Shown here: positions 33,429-57,102 of the stretch, piece by piece
Layout: every line of letters starts with the position of its first letter
Numbering within the stretch: position 1 is the first letter of the stretch
Source of the DNA: the human T2T-CHM13v2.0 reference genome, Homo sapiens
Length of the DNA stretch: 64,000 nt
Direction: 5' to 3'
NCBI GenBank assembly: GCA_009914755.4
Contig: CP068257.2
Span: forward strand, 11,392,001-11,456,000
The notes under the pieces: model-generated
The model's input: the letters and a program-made list of their open reading frames with translations, nothing else
Database searches by the model: none
What the model was told of the DNA's origin: nothing
Made by a program: the position numbers and the translations under genes

Positions 33429-33629
33429 ACAAATAAAAAATTACCATTTAAAAATACATTAAATATAACAGAACGTATACAATTACAATAAAATATTTTT
33501 AAATGATAATCTTATTTTCAAATATTTACCACATTTAGACAAGACTTTTAATGAAAAATACTTATAGCTACAATGTATGAATTAAAATAGCCCTGGAAGA
33601 AATAGTAATTCTATACATAATAAAGATTA

Positions 33630-33999
<370 letters not shown>

Positions 34000-34260
34000 T
34001 TAAAATTCTGCTTTTTCCACTGTGGACAATGGTGATGTAACAGTTAAATCTTGGTCTCAGAGTTGGTGGTTGGGAATAAATCAAGGCAAGCACTTTTATG
34101 CTTTGTTTTATATTCTTTATCACCAACATTTTCTTCTCTAATATGTCAGTATTTACATTTGGACCACAGCTGACTTTTACTGAAGTCTACTATAAAACAT
34201 GGCTAAATTGAAAATTAATGTGATCATAAAATGATTTGTCATGAAAGCAGGTATATTTTT

Positions 34261-35062
<802 letters not shown>

Positions 35063-35500
35063 TGAATTTTTTGAAAATTTCTGACATATACTGAAGTAAA
35101 TATCAAATGTATTGTTTTATTCAATTGTTTGGATTCAATTAAAAAATAATTTATATTCAAGTTTGTTGTTATATTTACTTTTGACCAAATTTGACTTTCC
35201 AAACAAGAAAAGCTAAAGCATTTTTTTCAAAGGTTCAAGGGACTTAAGCTTACTGGCATCAAATGTTCTGTAGTAAAACAAACAGGCAAATAAAACCTAA
35301 TATTTTTATCAATAATAATTTAATAGTTTTATGTCTGAGAACTTAAGAATCAACGACATCAACTCCAGATGATGTCAATTGCATAATTACACTGGTAAGA
35401 TAGAAACTGATTATCAGAGTCTAACAAATGATGGATATGGCAACCTAACACTTGACAAAACCATTCAGGATGTGTTAGAAAAACAAGAAGGTACTACTAA

Positions 35501-35835
<335 letters not shown>

Positions 35836-37156
35836 CAACTTTACTCTTTATTCTCAACCTTACAACCATCAGATACTCCTGTACACAGAATAAGAAAAAT
35901 CAACTATTTTTCCTTGAAGGCAATGTTTCATCTTTTATGTTATAATATCTGTTCCACATTTCTGTGAAAATGCTGTTGAAGTGCACCTTCCTTCCTTCAC
36001 CAGAGATTGCCTGTGTGAATTTGAATAGATGGTCACTGGAGGGGACCAGCTTGGCACACTGGGTTGAATTGTCTCTTTGCTTTTCAGACAAAGTGGCTTT
36101 GAAAAGACTGAAAGTAAAGTGACTGCTGATTAAGCAGATGGCTTGCCATGTCAATAGGACAATTGTTTGAAAATCACATCGCATGAACTATAACTATTAA
36201 AATGAGAAATGCATGATGCAAATATTGCACAAAAAAATAGAATGAAAATGATGAATACAGCCAAAAAAGACAGCCAAACTCAATTTTAGCAATAAAGTAA
36301 AATATAATCTACTGTCAGGGGAAGGTAACTTGAAGTACTTGAGATGTTCTTTAATTTAAAAATCCAAAAATATTTTTAGCTTTAGTTGTGATAAAACATG
36401 TTTAAGCATTTTCTATTTGAAATAAAACTTTAATTTCATGCTTTGTCGGTTTAGTTTCCCTAAATAAATAGAAAATAGTAAAATATCACATACTAAAAAA
36501 ATCAACTTCTTTGGTAATAAATAAGTGCAACTGTCAGACCAAAACATAGTTACATTTTACCCAATGTCATGCTGACCAATTCGATCAAACGCCACTTCCT
36601 TATAACTAAGAGAGATGCAAAGATGTAGACTTTATGTTGAGTGAGACAGGTAAGGATTACTAGGAGGTAGATAATTGTTTTACTAATCAAGGTCGATTTT
36701 CATTACTATTTTGTCTCTATGTTAATTAATGGTCTTGATTCAAGAAAATTTTTTTAAAAACTCATCTTTTCAGTCAGGCAAAATATTAACAAAAAGGCAT
36801 AGAAATGAAGGCATTTAACACAGTCATAGTTTACATTTTAAAATTAAAATACTTCTAGAAATAACAAAGAAAGAAAAAAGACACATATAAAAACAAACGA
36901 ACTTAATTTTTGGTGCAAAGCACTCATTACTAAGCCTAACACAAATATTTTGGTGAAGGCTTTCTAACACTGACATTCTTCTCATGACTTAAAAGAGCCA
37001 CTAATTTTACTTTTGACATATATTTAGTTTTAATGTTAAAAGCTAAAAGGAGCCTATTATTTTATTTATAATTTGTGGTCTGCATGTACATCATCATCCA
37101 TTGAGTCGACTAAAGTTTCTGAAAGTTTCAGAAACAGTAACATAAGAATACTTTTT

Positions 37157-37332
37157 CCGGCCATGCATGTTGTCTCACGCCTGTAATCCCAGCACTTTGG
37201 GAGGCCGAGGTGGGGGGATCACCTGAAGTCAGGCATTTGAGACCAGCCTGATGAACCTGGTGAAACCCCATCTCTACTAAAAATACAAAATTAGCTGGGC
37301 GTGGTGGCACATGCCTGTAACCCCAGCTACTC
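37157..37332 (+). mobile_element. 3'-truncated Alu (left arm + part of right arm)
   Basis: 'ccggccatgcatgttgtctcacgcctgtaatcccagcactttgggaggccgaggtgggg...gcctgtaaccccagctactc', no A tail. Confidence 0.8.
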
Positions 37333-38329
37333 CTTTAATGACCACATGTGAAGTTTCTTTTGAACTAATTTTAACTACCTATTTTTATTGCTTTTTTGCT
37401 CCTATTAGAAAAAATATTAAAGTTTCTGTTACTACAATCTATTCAAATCTAAACATAGTGCTTATCTTAAAAGATCTGTATGCTTGGAATTATGGAAATC
37501 CTATTCTCCATTTAAAATACTGCTTTTCAGTAAGCCAAATGGGGCAATTGTGGCTCACAATCATAAGTTATTAAATATTAATACCATCATCTAGATGGAA
37601 CTTTTAGTTATCTGCATGTTCAAATTGTTTTAACTTGTAATAAGTCAGAAACAATAAATTTTTATAAACTATAAAAATAAACTAAAACTATATTTATCAA
37701 TGCATTTTTTTTGGTTTTAGAATACTTAGCCCCAGGATTATTTCTAGTTGACATAACACTAGATTTCAGATGATGTGGATGTAGAAACTAGAGACGTCCT
37801 GGTTGACTCTGCTTCACTTTCTGCCTTCATTTAGCACACAAGCATATCGGCACAATGAAAGCCAGCAATGCTAACCCTTTTGAAAAACACACCAGTGCCC
37901 TTCTACAGAGAATATATGTGTGAAAAGATTCATCTGAAAGTCATGCCATCTTCTTTTTGATTTACAGACTTATATATGACAAATAACACAAATAAAAATT
38001 TAACACTGCCATATAATCAGAAAATTATTCTAAAAATTCCTTCTGACACATTATTCTTTGTCACCAAAATGGTTGTGATGAAATAATTGCCTTTGCAGGA
38101 CTGTTGTCTTAAATAACCAATACTCCTGTTTCATTGTTCTTGAACTTTAACCATAATAGAAATTTTATTTCCTAATTATGTCACTTAGGTGTGATTATCA
38201 TAGCTTCATATTTTCAAAAATGGTTCTAAAAAAACTAAACCACTGACCATCTTTGTTTCCCAAAGAGTAATAAGTTAACACTATCATCTAGCATACTGTA
38301 AATAGATGAAAAATAAAAATGTAGAGCAG

Positions 38330-38600
38330 GGGTGTCCAATCTTCTGGCTTCCCTGGGACACACTAGAAGAATTGTCTTGAGCCATACATAAAATACACCA
38401 ATGATGATAAAAAAATCACAAAAAACTCATAATGCTTTTAGAAAGTTTATGAACTTGTTTAGGGCTGTGCTGAAAGCCATACTGGGCCACGTGAAGCCTG
38501 TAGGCCGTGAGTTGGACAAGCTTGATGGACAGTCATTTATTTTAGCTGCACACCCAAGACTAAGGCCAAGAGCTTTCAGAGAAAGTAGCTTATAGGATGT
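38330..38600. repeat. Probable interspersed repeat (family not recalled with certainty)
   Basis: 'gggtgtccaatcttctggcttccctgggacacactagaagaattgtcttgagccatacataaaatacacc...aaagccatactgggccacgtgaagcctgtaggccgtgagttggacaagcttg' resembles a widespread human repeat consensus. Confidence 0.3.
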
Positions 38601-38724
38601 CAGGAGACCTGTTATAGAAACATTCACCCCTATGTCTAAAGGGGACAAAATTCTATGTCTTCCACCCTTAATTCCAACCATTAAACAAAACTGGAGAAAT
38701 CTAACATGGCATTATATCACAAAG

Positions 38725-41499
38725 TATTTTATTATTTTTATTTTGGATTCAAGGATACACGTGCAGATTTGTAACATAGGTATACTGCATGACATTGAGG
38801 TTTGGGCAATTAATAATCCCATTGCCCAAATAGGGTACATTATACATCACAAGTACTTTTAAACCCCTGTACCCCTTCTCCCTCCATTTTGGAATCCTTA
38901 GTGTTTATTGTTCTCATCTTTGCTTCCATGTGTACCCAATGTTTAGCTTCCACTTATAAGTGAGAAAATGTAGTATTTGGTTTTCTGTTCTGTGTTAATT
39001 TGCTTAGGATCATGACCTTGAGCTGTATCCATGTTGCTGCAAAGAGTATTACATGATTCTTCTTCAGTGGCTGCATAGTATTGGATGGTGTGTAATTACA
39101 TAATTTTTAAAATCCATCTTAAAATTTATGAGCACATGGTTTCATTCCATGTCTTTGCTATTGTGACTAGTGCTGCAATAAGCATACGAGTGCAGGTGTA
39201 ATTTATTTGTATTTGGGTATACGCCCAGTAGTGAGGCTGCTGGGTCAAATGGTAACTTTGGTTTTAGTCCTTTGAGAAACCCCCAAAATACATTCTACAA
39301 AAGCTGAACTAATTTGCATTCCCACTAAGATTATATCAGGGTTCTCTTTTCTACACAATTTTAACATCTGTTTTTTTTTTTTTTTTACTTTTTCATAATA
39401 GCCATTTAGACTGGGGTGAGATGGTATCACATTGTGGTTTGGATTTACATCTCTCTAATCATTAGAAATGTTCATCAATTTTTCATGTTTGTTGGCTGCT
39501 TTTTTTGTCTTTCTTTTAAAAGTATAGGTTCACATTTTTTGTCAACATTTTTTCTTAAATTCCTTATAAAACATATATATTAGTTATTTATTGTATGCAG
39601 TTTACACATATTTTAGCCCATACTATAGGTTGTCTGTTTATTTTGTTAATAGTTTCTCTTGCTGTGCAGGTCACAATTTTTAATTTTTATTTTTGTTGCT
39701 TTCACTTTTGAGGATGTAGTCATTAATTCTTTACAGAGACCAATGCCAAGGAGAGAATTTTCTAGGTGTTCTTCTAGGATTTTTATAGGTTGAACTCTTA
39801 CAGATAAGTCTTTAATGTATCTTGAGTTAATTTTCTATATCATGAGAAGTAGTGGTCGAGTTTTCCTCTTCTGCATATGACTAAACAGTTTTTCCAGCAC
39901 CTTTTATTGGGTAGGGAGTTCTTTCCATTTGTTTCTGTTGATGCTGTCAAAAATCAATTAATTGCAAGAGTTCAGCTTCATTTCAGGGCTCTCTCTTCTA
40001 TTCAGTAGGGGTGTGTGTGTGTGTGTGTGTGTATCTGCATCCATATTATATTGGTTACCGTAGCTTGTGGTAAAGTTTGAAGTTTGGTAACATAATGTCT
40101 CCAGGTTTATTCTTTTTGTTTAGTATAGCCTTGGACATTTGAGCTTTTTTGTTTTCATATAAATTTTAGAATAGTTTTTTTGTCTAATTTTATAAAAAAT
40201 GGCATTGGTAGATTGATAGAAATAGAAATAAACTGTCGATTGCTTTGGGCAGTATGAAGTTTTTAATAATTCTAATCCATTATCATGAAATACTATTCCA
40301 TTTATTTGCACTGTGTCTGATTTCTTTCAGTAGTGGTTTGTAGTTCTTCTAGTAGAGATATTTAACCTCCTTTGTTTAATGGATTACTATTTTATTTTTT
40401 GTTTCTGGCTATTGTAAACTGGATTGTGTTCTTAATTTTGCTCTGCTTAAGTGTTACTGGTGTATAGAAATGTTCCTCATTTTTGAATGTTGTTTTGCTT
40501 TTTGTTGTTGTTGCTGAGATTTTGATGAAGTCTTTTATTAGGCTTAGGAGTCTTTTGGAGGAGTCTTTGAAGTAGGTAGAAAATTATATCATCAGTAAAG
40601 ACAGATAAGCTGATTTCCTCTTTTGTTATTTGAGTGCTTTTTCTTTCTTTATCTTGCCTGATTGTTCTGGCTAAAACTTTCAGAACTGTGTTGAATAGGA
40701 GTGGTGAAAGTGCACATTCTTTTCTTATTTCAATTTTTAGGAAGGATGCATTAATCTTTCACCTGTTCAGTATGGTGTTGGCTGAGGATTTGTCCTATAT
40801 GGCTGTAATTATTTTGAGGTATGTTCCTTCAATGCCTAGTTTTTTGAGAATTTTTTTCAAAAATAGATATTACATTTTATTAATTGCTATTTCCACATCT
40901 ATTGAGGTAATGTGGTTTTGTTTGTTAATTATTTTTATATGCTGAATCACATTTATAGATTGCACATGTTAAAACATTCCTGCATTCACAGAATAATGTC
41001 CACATAGTTGCAGTGAAATAACTTTGATTTCCTGACTCAGTTTGCAAGCATTTCATGAATAATGTTTGTGTCTGTATTCATCAGGGATATTGGCCTGTAA
41101 TTTTTTTTGGTTGTGTCTTTACCTGATTAATATATCAAGATGAGACTGATATTATATGATAGAATTAATTAGGAAGGAGTCCCACTTTGATTTTTTGGAA
41201 TACTTTCTGTAGAATTACAGCCAACTCATTTTTGTATACATGATAAAATCATGCTGTGAATGCATCTGGTTTAGCACTTTTTATAATTGGTAGTTTTTTT
41301 TTATCACCAATTCAATTTGCTTGCACATTTTTGGTTTCTTCAAGACTTCTGTTTATTCCTGATTCAATCTTGGGAGGTTGTATATTTCTAAGAGTTTATT
41401 CATTTCCTCTAGACTTTCTAGTTGGTGTGCACAGAGATATTTATAGTAGTCTGCAAGTATCCTTTGTATTTTTGTGGGATTGGTTGTCACAAATGTAAC

Positions 41500-41500
<1 letters not shown>
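38725..41500 (-). mobile_element. Old L1 (ORF2 about aa 300 to 3' end), antisense
   Basis: Reverse complement translates to L1 ORF2 motifs ('...[29 protein letters not shown]...', '...[21 protein letters not shown]'); contains (GT)n. Confidence 0.8.
40011..40032. repeat. (GT)11 microsatellite
   Basis: 'gtgtgtgtgtgtgtgtgtgtgt'. Confidence 0.95.
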
Positions 41501-44040
<2,540 letters not shown>

Positions 44041-44708
44041 AGTATGAAAGATACATAATTTCTGTGCTGTTTTGTCACCTAGTCAGTCATGACCATATGA
44101 ACTCTAATATTTACCACCATGTTCGGCACCCAGCACAGAGCATGGGAGAAGCCAATGTACCTTAGGGCTTTTATTTTGAGCTTGGGACAACTGGAGTTTC
44201 TGGTGCTGGTGGTAATGATAGGGAAGACACAAAAAGGGCAGCTCTTGCTGTGTTTCACATGATTAAACCACTCTGAAGAGAGTAAATAAGTTTGCATCCC
44301 AGATCACTGAAGAAATTTTTTAATTCAAAAGATGCCATGATCTTTAAAATTTTTCCAGATAAAATGACCAAGGAGTTGACTAGTTAGGTGACAAAGACTG
44401 AAACCTCTAAAGTGTAAACTGCACCCAATAAAAAAGTACATTATACAAGTGTGAGAAATTCCTCAAGATTTTAACATTAATATGAAAAAGATTATTTCAC
44501 ATGTGAAATCCACAGGTGTCATTCTATTATTTTTGAATATTTAACATTCACACCAAAAAAAAGATTCTGAATGAAAACTTAAGTTGAGCTGTAAGTATGT
44601 AATAAAAAATTAAGTTTAACATTCTCCACTTACCATTAACTCTTCTAAAAGTTTAATTTCTAAGACATATCTTCTAACTAATTTTATATTTTCCACACAT
44701 TGTGTTAA

Positions 44709-45001
<293 letters not shown>

Positions 45002-45670
45002 CTGTGTTAAAATTTAATAAAAGTTTGGTTTTACAAAGATAATAAATTCTGACTGATTTATTCCTCTCACCTGTGAACACTGCATGCCTTTTATCTCAAT
45101 TAACAGATCTGAAATTTACATTGACAAACTTTCATCAGAACCTACAAAGTACTGTGTGAAGTGACATGGCACAAAACAAACAGCAATAAAGATGTAACCA
45201 TAACACAAAGAATAAAAAGAAGGGCTGTGATGCATACACAGTTGGGATAAACATAAGTAGACACACAAACAAAACTAAAGATAATCAGAAAATAAGCAGA
45301 ATGTCTCTTTAAATTCAGAAAGAGTCAATTTTGCAGCATAAGAACAATGTCCTCTCCATATACAGAATCGATTTTATTTCTTCACCATGTGTATTTCCTT
45401 ATCTTTACTTGGAGCTACAAACTAACTCCAGCAGAAATATTTGTGGCCAATAATGGTGCATCTATTACACAGCAAGCATTGTGTTTGCTACATTTACATA
45501 TCAAAATATCTTTATGACTTATGAAGCCTCCCCAGCATTTACCTAAACAAATTGGCTGAATGAATAAATTCACGTATGTCAATTATAAAGAGTAAAAGGA
45601 ACAATAATAAAGGAAACTTAGCTTACACAGGTTTCTCCAATTAAAATAACAAAATGGGGTGTTCTAACTA

Positions 45671-46159
<489 letters not shown>

Positions 46160-47689
46160 CTACCATGAGTACCAGGCACATGAAAGAAAGAATTTGCATG
46201 GAAAGATTCGGAAACGCAATCCATAAGACTTCACAGTAATTAATTAAATAAAATACAGAGAATACAGATATTATTCAAAATCACGGAGGTTTCTGGTCTT
46301 CTAGTAAATGATTTGTCCACTTTATTAAAGTGATATTTTGTTCCAATATTTCTTGTCTTCTGAAAATAGGTACACTCACACTCACACAATTACTTGCCCC
46401 ACAAATTTCTTACACCTAATGTTTATATTAAGAGTAAAATATTTGTATATTTAACACCATGTAAGTAAAAAACTAACAGTCTGTATGAGTTTACGGGCAG
46501 AGAGGCCACTTGTTCAACATATATATGAACAATTTTTAAAAATATTCATTCAGGACTTAGAAATGTGGGATTTCTTATTATACTACTATGTAATTATTAT
46601 TATGACCATAAAAAACCTCTGTAGCAAGTAATAATTTACTTGTACATTTTTAAATAACTAAAAATGTTTAATTGGATTGTCTGTAACACAAAAAATAAAT
46701 GCATTATGTAATGAATACCTCATTTACTCTGATGTGATTACAAGTTGTATGCCTGTATGAAAATATTCTATATATGCCATAAATAGGTAAACAATACTAT
46801 GTTCCTACAAAAATTTAAAACGTTAAACAAATGTACATTTTTACCCATTGAAACAATACTCTTAAACTTTTCAGTTTAATGCCACAGGCAAAAGAGATTG
46901 CTAGAGAGCTCATTCTACTATGTTACCATTTTTATCTACATCTTTAATAAGGTGGGACACGTTAAAGTTGGTGACATAACACTTAACTAAATGCAGGTCT
47001 TAAAAAGTTTAAAACTATTCCCTTTAATTTAAAAGCTAAGTTATCACAGTCTTATAAAAGAATTTTAAAATTCCCTACATTTTATTACATAAAAGTACAA
47101 TTGGTAAAACAATTTACTACTAAAACTCAAAGTTTTCCTTTCACTATAATGCAGAATATTACTCTAAACACATAACTCATGTATCACATGAAAAATGTTA
47201 AAAGTCAGCCATAAAGAGCCTCTCCAATTAGATTTTCAATATACATCTTACATTTTAATATCCTTACTCTTCCACGGAAAAGTTAATGAATGATGCCTAC
47301 CTAATAAGAAAGGAATCTCTCAGATTTCTGATGCAACAGAAATTGATGACATGCTTTTACACAAACAACAGGAAAAAAGGAGCAGAATGAAGCAGTTTTA
47401 CAGTTGAATTACCTCACTATTTGCTTTTCAAAAAATCTACATTTTTTTCAAGGAAAAACGTATATCTTGAATGTAATTATAACTCTCCAAAAAATAATCT
47501 TCCACTCCTCTTAAACTTATATACAAATAAATTATCCAACAGTTTTAGCTTTGGATTACTTTCTATACAGAACATTCTGATTTAGTGTAACGTCTTAAGT
47601 GCCAGTGCCTTAATTCTTCCTATTGTGAATTTTCTAAAGTTTACAAAGACTTAATTTTGACTAAATATTTTTACACATGTATTCCATCT

Positions 47690-50813
<3,124 letters not shown>

Positions 50814-50994
50814 TTATTTTATAGACTTATAACAAAACTGTACTGACCAAAATGTCTATGGAAAATCTAGAAATGAGTTAAGTGTGTTCAGTGTACCAGG
50901 TGAGCAAAATGCCACAAGCCATACTGAATGGATAGAAAAGTTTGTTACATTTGCCCAACACCTTTACTCCTCCATAATGCAGCATGGCACTTTT

Positions 50995-51112
50995 AGAAGT
51001 AAACTGCAATGCCTGGCATCTTCCTCAATATAGAAAAAGAAAAAACTGGCTCGTGTAGTTTTACTTCTGGCTTCTGGGCACTTTTACAGAGACTTGTTTC
51101 TGTCTCCAGTGA
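50995..51112 (-). pseudogene. Possible degenerate KRAB-B-like exon of the same ZNF pseudogene
   Basis: Acceptor 'tttctttcag' then '...SLCKSAQKPEVKLHEPVFSFSILRKMPGIAVYF*', weakly similar to KRAB-B '[28 protein letters not shown]'. Confidence 0.3.
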
Positions 51113-51665
51113 CAAAATGTGCTGAAAGAAATGATGGTATACTTTGAAATAACAGCTTGAGTCTGCTGAGATCAAAGGTAAATGTTACAGCAACAAACTA
51201 CAGTACCACAGGCATGCAATATGTGTAGGAAGTAATTACAGACTGTTAAGAAACACAGACAAACCTCTTTAACTGAATAATCAACACAAAATTCCACACA
51301 AGACACATCATAACATATTTGATAGGCTCCCAGAATCTCTAGTTGAGACAACTGGTTTCAGATTATGTTAGGACAACACCACATTATAAAGATTGTGAGA
51401 GGTAGCTGTTTGTTAATGTCCAAATCTCAACCAAAGAGTACAATACATACAAAATATTACAGTGACATGGCCTAAGTAAAAAAAAAAACTTAAAACTGTC
51501 AGAAAACAACCATGAAAATAAAGATGTACACATTAATTTTAAAAATTTAACCTAAATGGGAACACAGGTAACTAAATAAAATCAGAAAAAAATAGAATAT
51601 CAAGGAAAAGATGAAAAATATAATAGAAATTATGGAAGTAGAAAATAGAAATAGAAATAATAACT

Positions 51666-51955
51666 GAGGCCAGGTGTAGTGGCTCATGTCTGTAGTCCCA
51701 GCACTTTGGAGTTTGAGGCAGGCAGATCACTTGAACCTAGGGAGTTCAGGTTTAAACTGGGAAACATGGCAATACTTCTCCTCTATAAAAATTAAAATTA
51801 GTCAGGTGTATTGGCACACACCTGTGGTCCCAGTAAACAGGAGGCTGAGGTAGGAGGATCACATAAGCCTAGGGAACCCAAGGCTGCAGTAAGCTGCAAT
51901 ATGCCACTGTACTCAAACCTGGGTGACAGAGCAAGACACTGTCTCGAAAAATTAA
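51666..51955 (+). mobile_element. Old, divergent Alu (AluJ-like)
   Basis: Recognisable Alu arms with many substitutions; short A-rich end. Confidence 0.8.
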
Positions 51956-53389
51956 GAATACCTGAGAAATTCTCAAAAGTAAGAAAATAAGGTTGTAAAA
52001 ATGAAGAAGCTCAACATACTAAAACTAGGAAACACACAGATCCATAACAAGACATGCAAAGCAAAGTTCCCAAAGTCACAGACAAGAAGAGAATCTCAAA
52101 TGCTGGAAAATACATAATTATGGTTCCATGATATAACCAGTGACTCTTTCAACAAAAACCTTGCAGGCCAGAAGGAAATTGTGTGCTATAGTCGAGATGC
52201 CAAGCGAAAAATAGCTTCTATGTAAGAATAATATAACCAGCAAAACTGTGCTACAAAAATGAAGAAAAAGGAAAGACCTCTAAAGATAATGAAATGTGGA
52301 AAAATTATATCAACACTACATGTGCCCTACAAAAAATGCTGAGAAGAGTCCTCCTACTAAAACTATATGATGCTAAAAAACAAAACTATCATATAAAAAT
52401 AGGTAGCTTTCTAGGAAAGATATAAAGATATGCAAATATTATAGAAAAAATATCCTGTAGCATTATTATAATACCAAAAAATGTTTTATTTAATTATTCT
52501 CTAAAATTTAAAGATAAAAGCTAAAAATAATAATGAACATCTGTTAATAAATATATAACATAAATAGATATGTTTAGTGACATCAATAACTAAGCTGAAG
52601 ACAGATATAATAAGAAATAATTTGTGCATGGACCCAAATTTAAATTTCACCACTTCAAAATATATTGTTGAAATTTTAAGAGGTTTTTATATAATCCTGA
52701 AGGCACCCACAAAGAAAATGTCTGTATAGGTACAAAAAAGGAAATAAGAAAGAAGTGACAGCCTATCCATACAAAAATCAAAAAGACACAAAGGAAGATA
52801 GAATGAGAAACAGACCTACAAGAATCATTAAACAATAAAATAACAATAATCTTTGTCTTCAGAAAATAAATATTTTAAAAATAGACTTGCCAATCAATAC
52901 ACATACATTGAATAGTGGGATTATATAAAATTTTATATACCAAGATCCAACTTGCCTTTCTTCAAGAGTCACTTGAGATCTAGTAGTGACATCAGCCTGA
53001 AAGTGGCAAGTGGAAGAAGACATTTTAGGCAAACATTAACCAAATGAGAGCAGAAGAGATCAAAATTGTATTATACAAAATATATCGTAAGTCAACAACT
53101 CTCTTATTTTATAAAATATACTCTATGTCAAAATTCACAAGAGAAAAAAGGTCATTAAACAATAATAAAGATATAATTTATTGAAAATGTATGACAAATA
53201 TGTGCATACATATATTTATATGTTTGTGTGTGTATGTGTATTTCTCACATTAGGTTTCCAAAAATACGAAACAAAAATTGACAGAATTAAAGCAACAAAT
53301 AAAGAGCAATATAATTATAATAAGATATTTTAATACTTCAATTTCTGCAATGAACAATAAAACAAAACAATATTAATAATGGAAAAGAG

Positions 53390-53682
53390 GGCCAGGTACG
53401 GTGGCTCACGCCTGTAATCCCAGCAATTTGGGAGGCCAAGGCAGGCGATCACGGGGTCAGGAGATGGAGACCATCCTGGCTAACACGATGAAACCCAGTC
53501 TCTACTAAAAATACAAAAAATTAGTAGGGCGTGGTGGCAGGTGCCTGTAATCCCAGGCACTCAGGAGGCTGAGGCAGGAGAATGGCATGAACCCAGGAGG
53601 TGGAGCTTGCAGTGAGACAAGATCGCACCACTGTACTCCAGCCTGGGTGAGAGCAAGACTCTGTCTCAAGAAAACAAAAAAA
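53390..53682 (+). mobile_element. Alu
   Basis: TSD 'ggaaaagag' at 53381-53389 and 53683-53691. Confidence 0.92.
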
Positions 53683-53720
53683 GGAAAAGAGAAACTGAAA
53701 GCAGTACAGATGGGAACAAG

Positions 53721-53993
53721 TGGCTCATGCTTGTAATTCCAGCACTTTGGGAGGCCAAGAAAGACAGATTACTTGAGGTAAGGAGTTTGAGACCAGCCTG
53801 GCCAACATGGCAAAACCCCATCTCTACTAAAAATAGCCAGGTGCGGTAGGAGGCGCCTATAATCCCAGCTACTCAGGAGGCTAAGGCAGGAGAATTGCTT
53901 GAACCAGGGAGGCGGGGTTTGCAGTGAGTCGAGATTGCGGCACTGCAATCCAGCCTCGGTGACTGAGCAAGACTCCATCTCAAAAAGAAAAAA
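53721..53993 (+). mobile_element. 5'-truncated Alu
   Basis: Starts 'tggctcatgcttgtaattccagcactttgggaggcc', ends with poly-A. Confidence 0.88.
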
Positions 53994-54574
53994 TATACAA
54001 AGAAAGAAGTATAAAACAATATTATGCCCTAACAAAGAATACCCCTTAACAATAGCAGGGTATAACCATTCTCAATAGCTCACATATATTCTCTTTGATA
54101 AACTGCCTGTTAGGCCATGATAAAAATAAAAACTTACTAAATCTTTAAAAATTGAAATTGATAGATTACTTTTTATGACCAAAATGGAATAAGAGTAGAA
54201 ATCAACAAAAACAAAACTAAAAAATTTACAAATACATGAAAATTAAACAACACACTCTTCAGCATGCTCAAAGGGTAAAATAATTAATATTCAGCATGAT
54301 CAAAGGGTAAAATAATTAATATTGTGAAGATGCCCGTACTGCTGAGTGTAATCTACAGATTTAATGCAATCCCTTTCAAATATCTAATTTTATTTTAGCA
54401 GAAATAGAAAAAGCAATCCCCAAATTATATGAAATTTTAAGAAACAATGAAACACCCAATAATCTTCAAAGAGAGGAACAACGTTGGAGGCATCACAACT
54501 CCCTGATTTCAAAACACATTATATAGACTTAAAAAAATTTGGTTTGGTTATAAAAAGTGAACTAGACCAAATAA

Positions 54575-54937
<363 letters not shown>

Positions 54938-55082
54938 GCACATCCATAATTTTTACAGCATTGTTATTGAAAGGCAATAGGTGAAAGCAATGCAAAATTT
55001 TCTCCCCAGATTACTGGATAAATATAATTTGAAACATAAAAATAATGGAATATTACTCAGTGTTTAAAAACAGGAAATACAG

Positions 55083-55369
55083 GCCAGGCACACTGGCTCA
55101 CACCTGTAATCTCAGCACATTGGGAGGCCGAGGTGGGTGAATCACCTGAGTTTGGGAGTTCGAGACCAGCCTCACCAACATGGAAAAACCCCATCTCTAC
55201 TTACAAAAATTAGCCGGGCATGGTGGTGCATGCCTGTAATCCCAGCCTCCTCTCAGGAGGCTGAGGAAGGAGAATGGTTTGAACTTGGGAGGTGGAGATT
55301 GTGGTGTGCTGAGATCGCTGCACTGAACTCCAGCCTGGGTAACAAGGGCGAAACTCCGCCTAAAAAAAA
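55083..55369 (+). mobile_element. Alu
   Basis: TSD 'aggaaata(c/t)'. Confidence 0.9.
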
Positions 55370-56084
55370 GGAAATATTCTAACAAACAACCATAACAAAC
55401 TTTCATGAAATTATGCAGAATAACATATGTCAGCCACAAAAAATATGGTATGAATCCACTTACATGAGATATTTAAAGCAGTTAGACTCAAAAACAGGAA
55501 AACAGAATTGTTTGTAAAGGGCCAGAAAATGGGAGAATTGAGTAGTTGTTTAATGTGTATTCAGTTTTAGTTTTGTAAGACAAAAACATTCTACAGATAT
55601 ATTGTATAATAATGTCAATATAGTTAATATAAACTACATATTTTTAAATTAAGATTCTAAATTTTATGTTCTTGATAATTAAAAGTAAACAGTAATAATA
55701 CCTTAAAAAAGGGACAAAATTGACAGTTTTTAAAATTACCTTCAAATCAAAAAAGTGTTTCTCCCACACAAAAATAGATTCCCAAATAGATATTAGAAGT
55801 AGGAGAATTTTTATGACTACTCAGATAAAACGACCATTGATCACTCACAAACATACAAGTCATAAACAATACAGAAATAATATGTGTATACACAAACACA
55901 GAAATTATTATATTGGGAATAGAGATATGACTGATTCATATGTAACTTTGGCTCCACGCTGTCTTAAAGTGTACAGAATTGAATATTGTCATTCACAATT
56001 GTCATAAAAATAAAAACTAAAAACACAATTAACTGATGTCACTTGGCATACTCTAAAATATGAAACAAAAAAGAAATAAAATTG

Positions 56085-56437
<353 letters not shown>

Positions 56438-56731
56438 TTAAACTTACTGAACACCATTAAGTAGATTACTACATTTGGAAAAGAAATCTTAGAAGACGAA
56501 TGTAGGGAAAAAGTAGTTAGAGGGGTTATTTGAAGATAAAAGAGGATGAGAACTTTCCAAATTTTTATGTGATAAAAGAAAAACTAATACCAATCAATAC
56601 TGTTTGCTTTGAAATTATTTGGAATTATTCTGGAATTAAAAATAAGGAAACAATAAAGAACTTACAAAATAAACAAAAAGTGAAGGTATTTATCACCACA
56701 GGCATGGTCCCACAAGAAATGCTACATGGTG

Positions 56732-56850
56732 GCCAGGCACCAGTGGCTCATGTCTGTAATCCCAGAGTCTTGTGAGGCCAAGGCAGGCAGATTAGTTGAG
56801 GCTAAGAGTTCAAGATGAGCCTGAGTAACATAGTGAGATGCTGTTTATTT
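56732..56850 (+). mobile_element. Alu left-arm fragment
   Basis: 'ggccaggcaccagtggctcatgtctgtaatcccagagtcttgtgaggccaaggcaggcagattagttgaggctaagagttcaagatgagcctgagtaacatagtgagatgc'. Confidence 0.75.
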
Positions 56851-57102
56851 TTTTATTGCCGAAAAGAGTCCATATGTTGAAAAATATAATGATGCTGAAC
56901 AATCTTAAAAAACTACATGAAACTATAAACTTTCTGTTAAATGTAAATATATAAACACATATACAATTGTTTACTACCATAATCATTAAGCAAAATCTCT
57001 TAAAATTCTGCTATAGAATTTCAACAAAAAATCTGCATAAATCTGTTAATAGATACACAATATAAAATAATATTTGTAATAATGAAAAACTACAGGATGT
57101 AA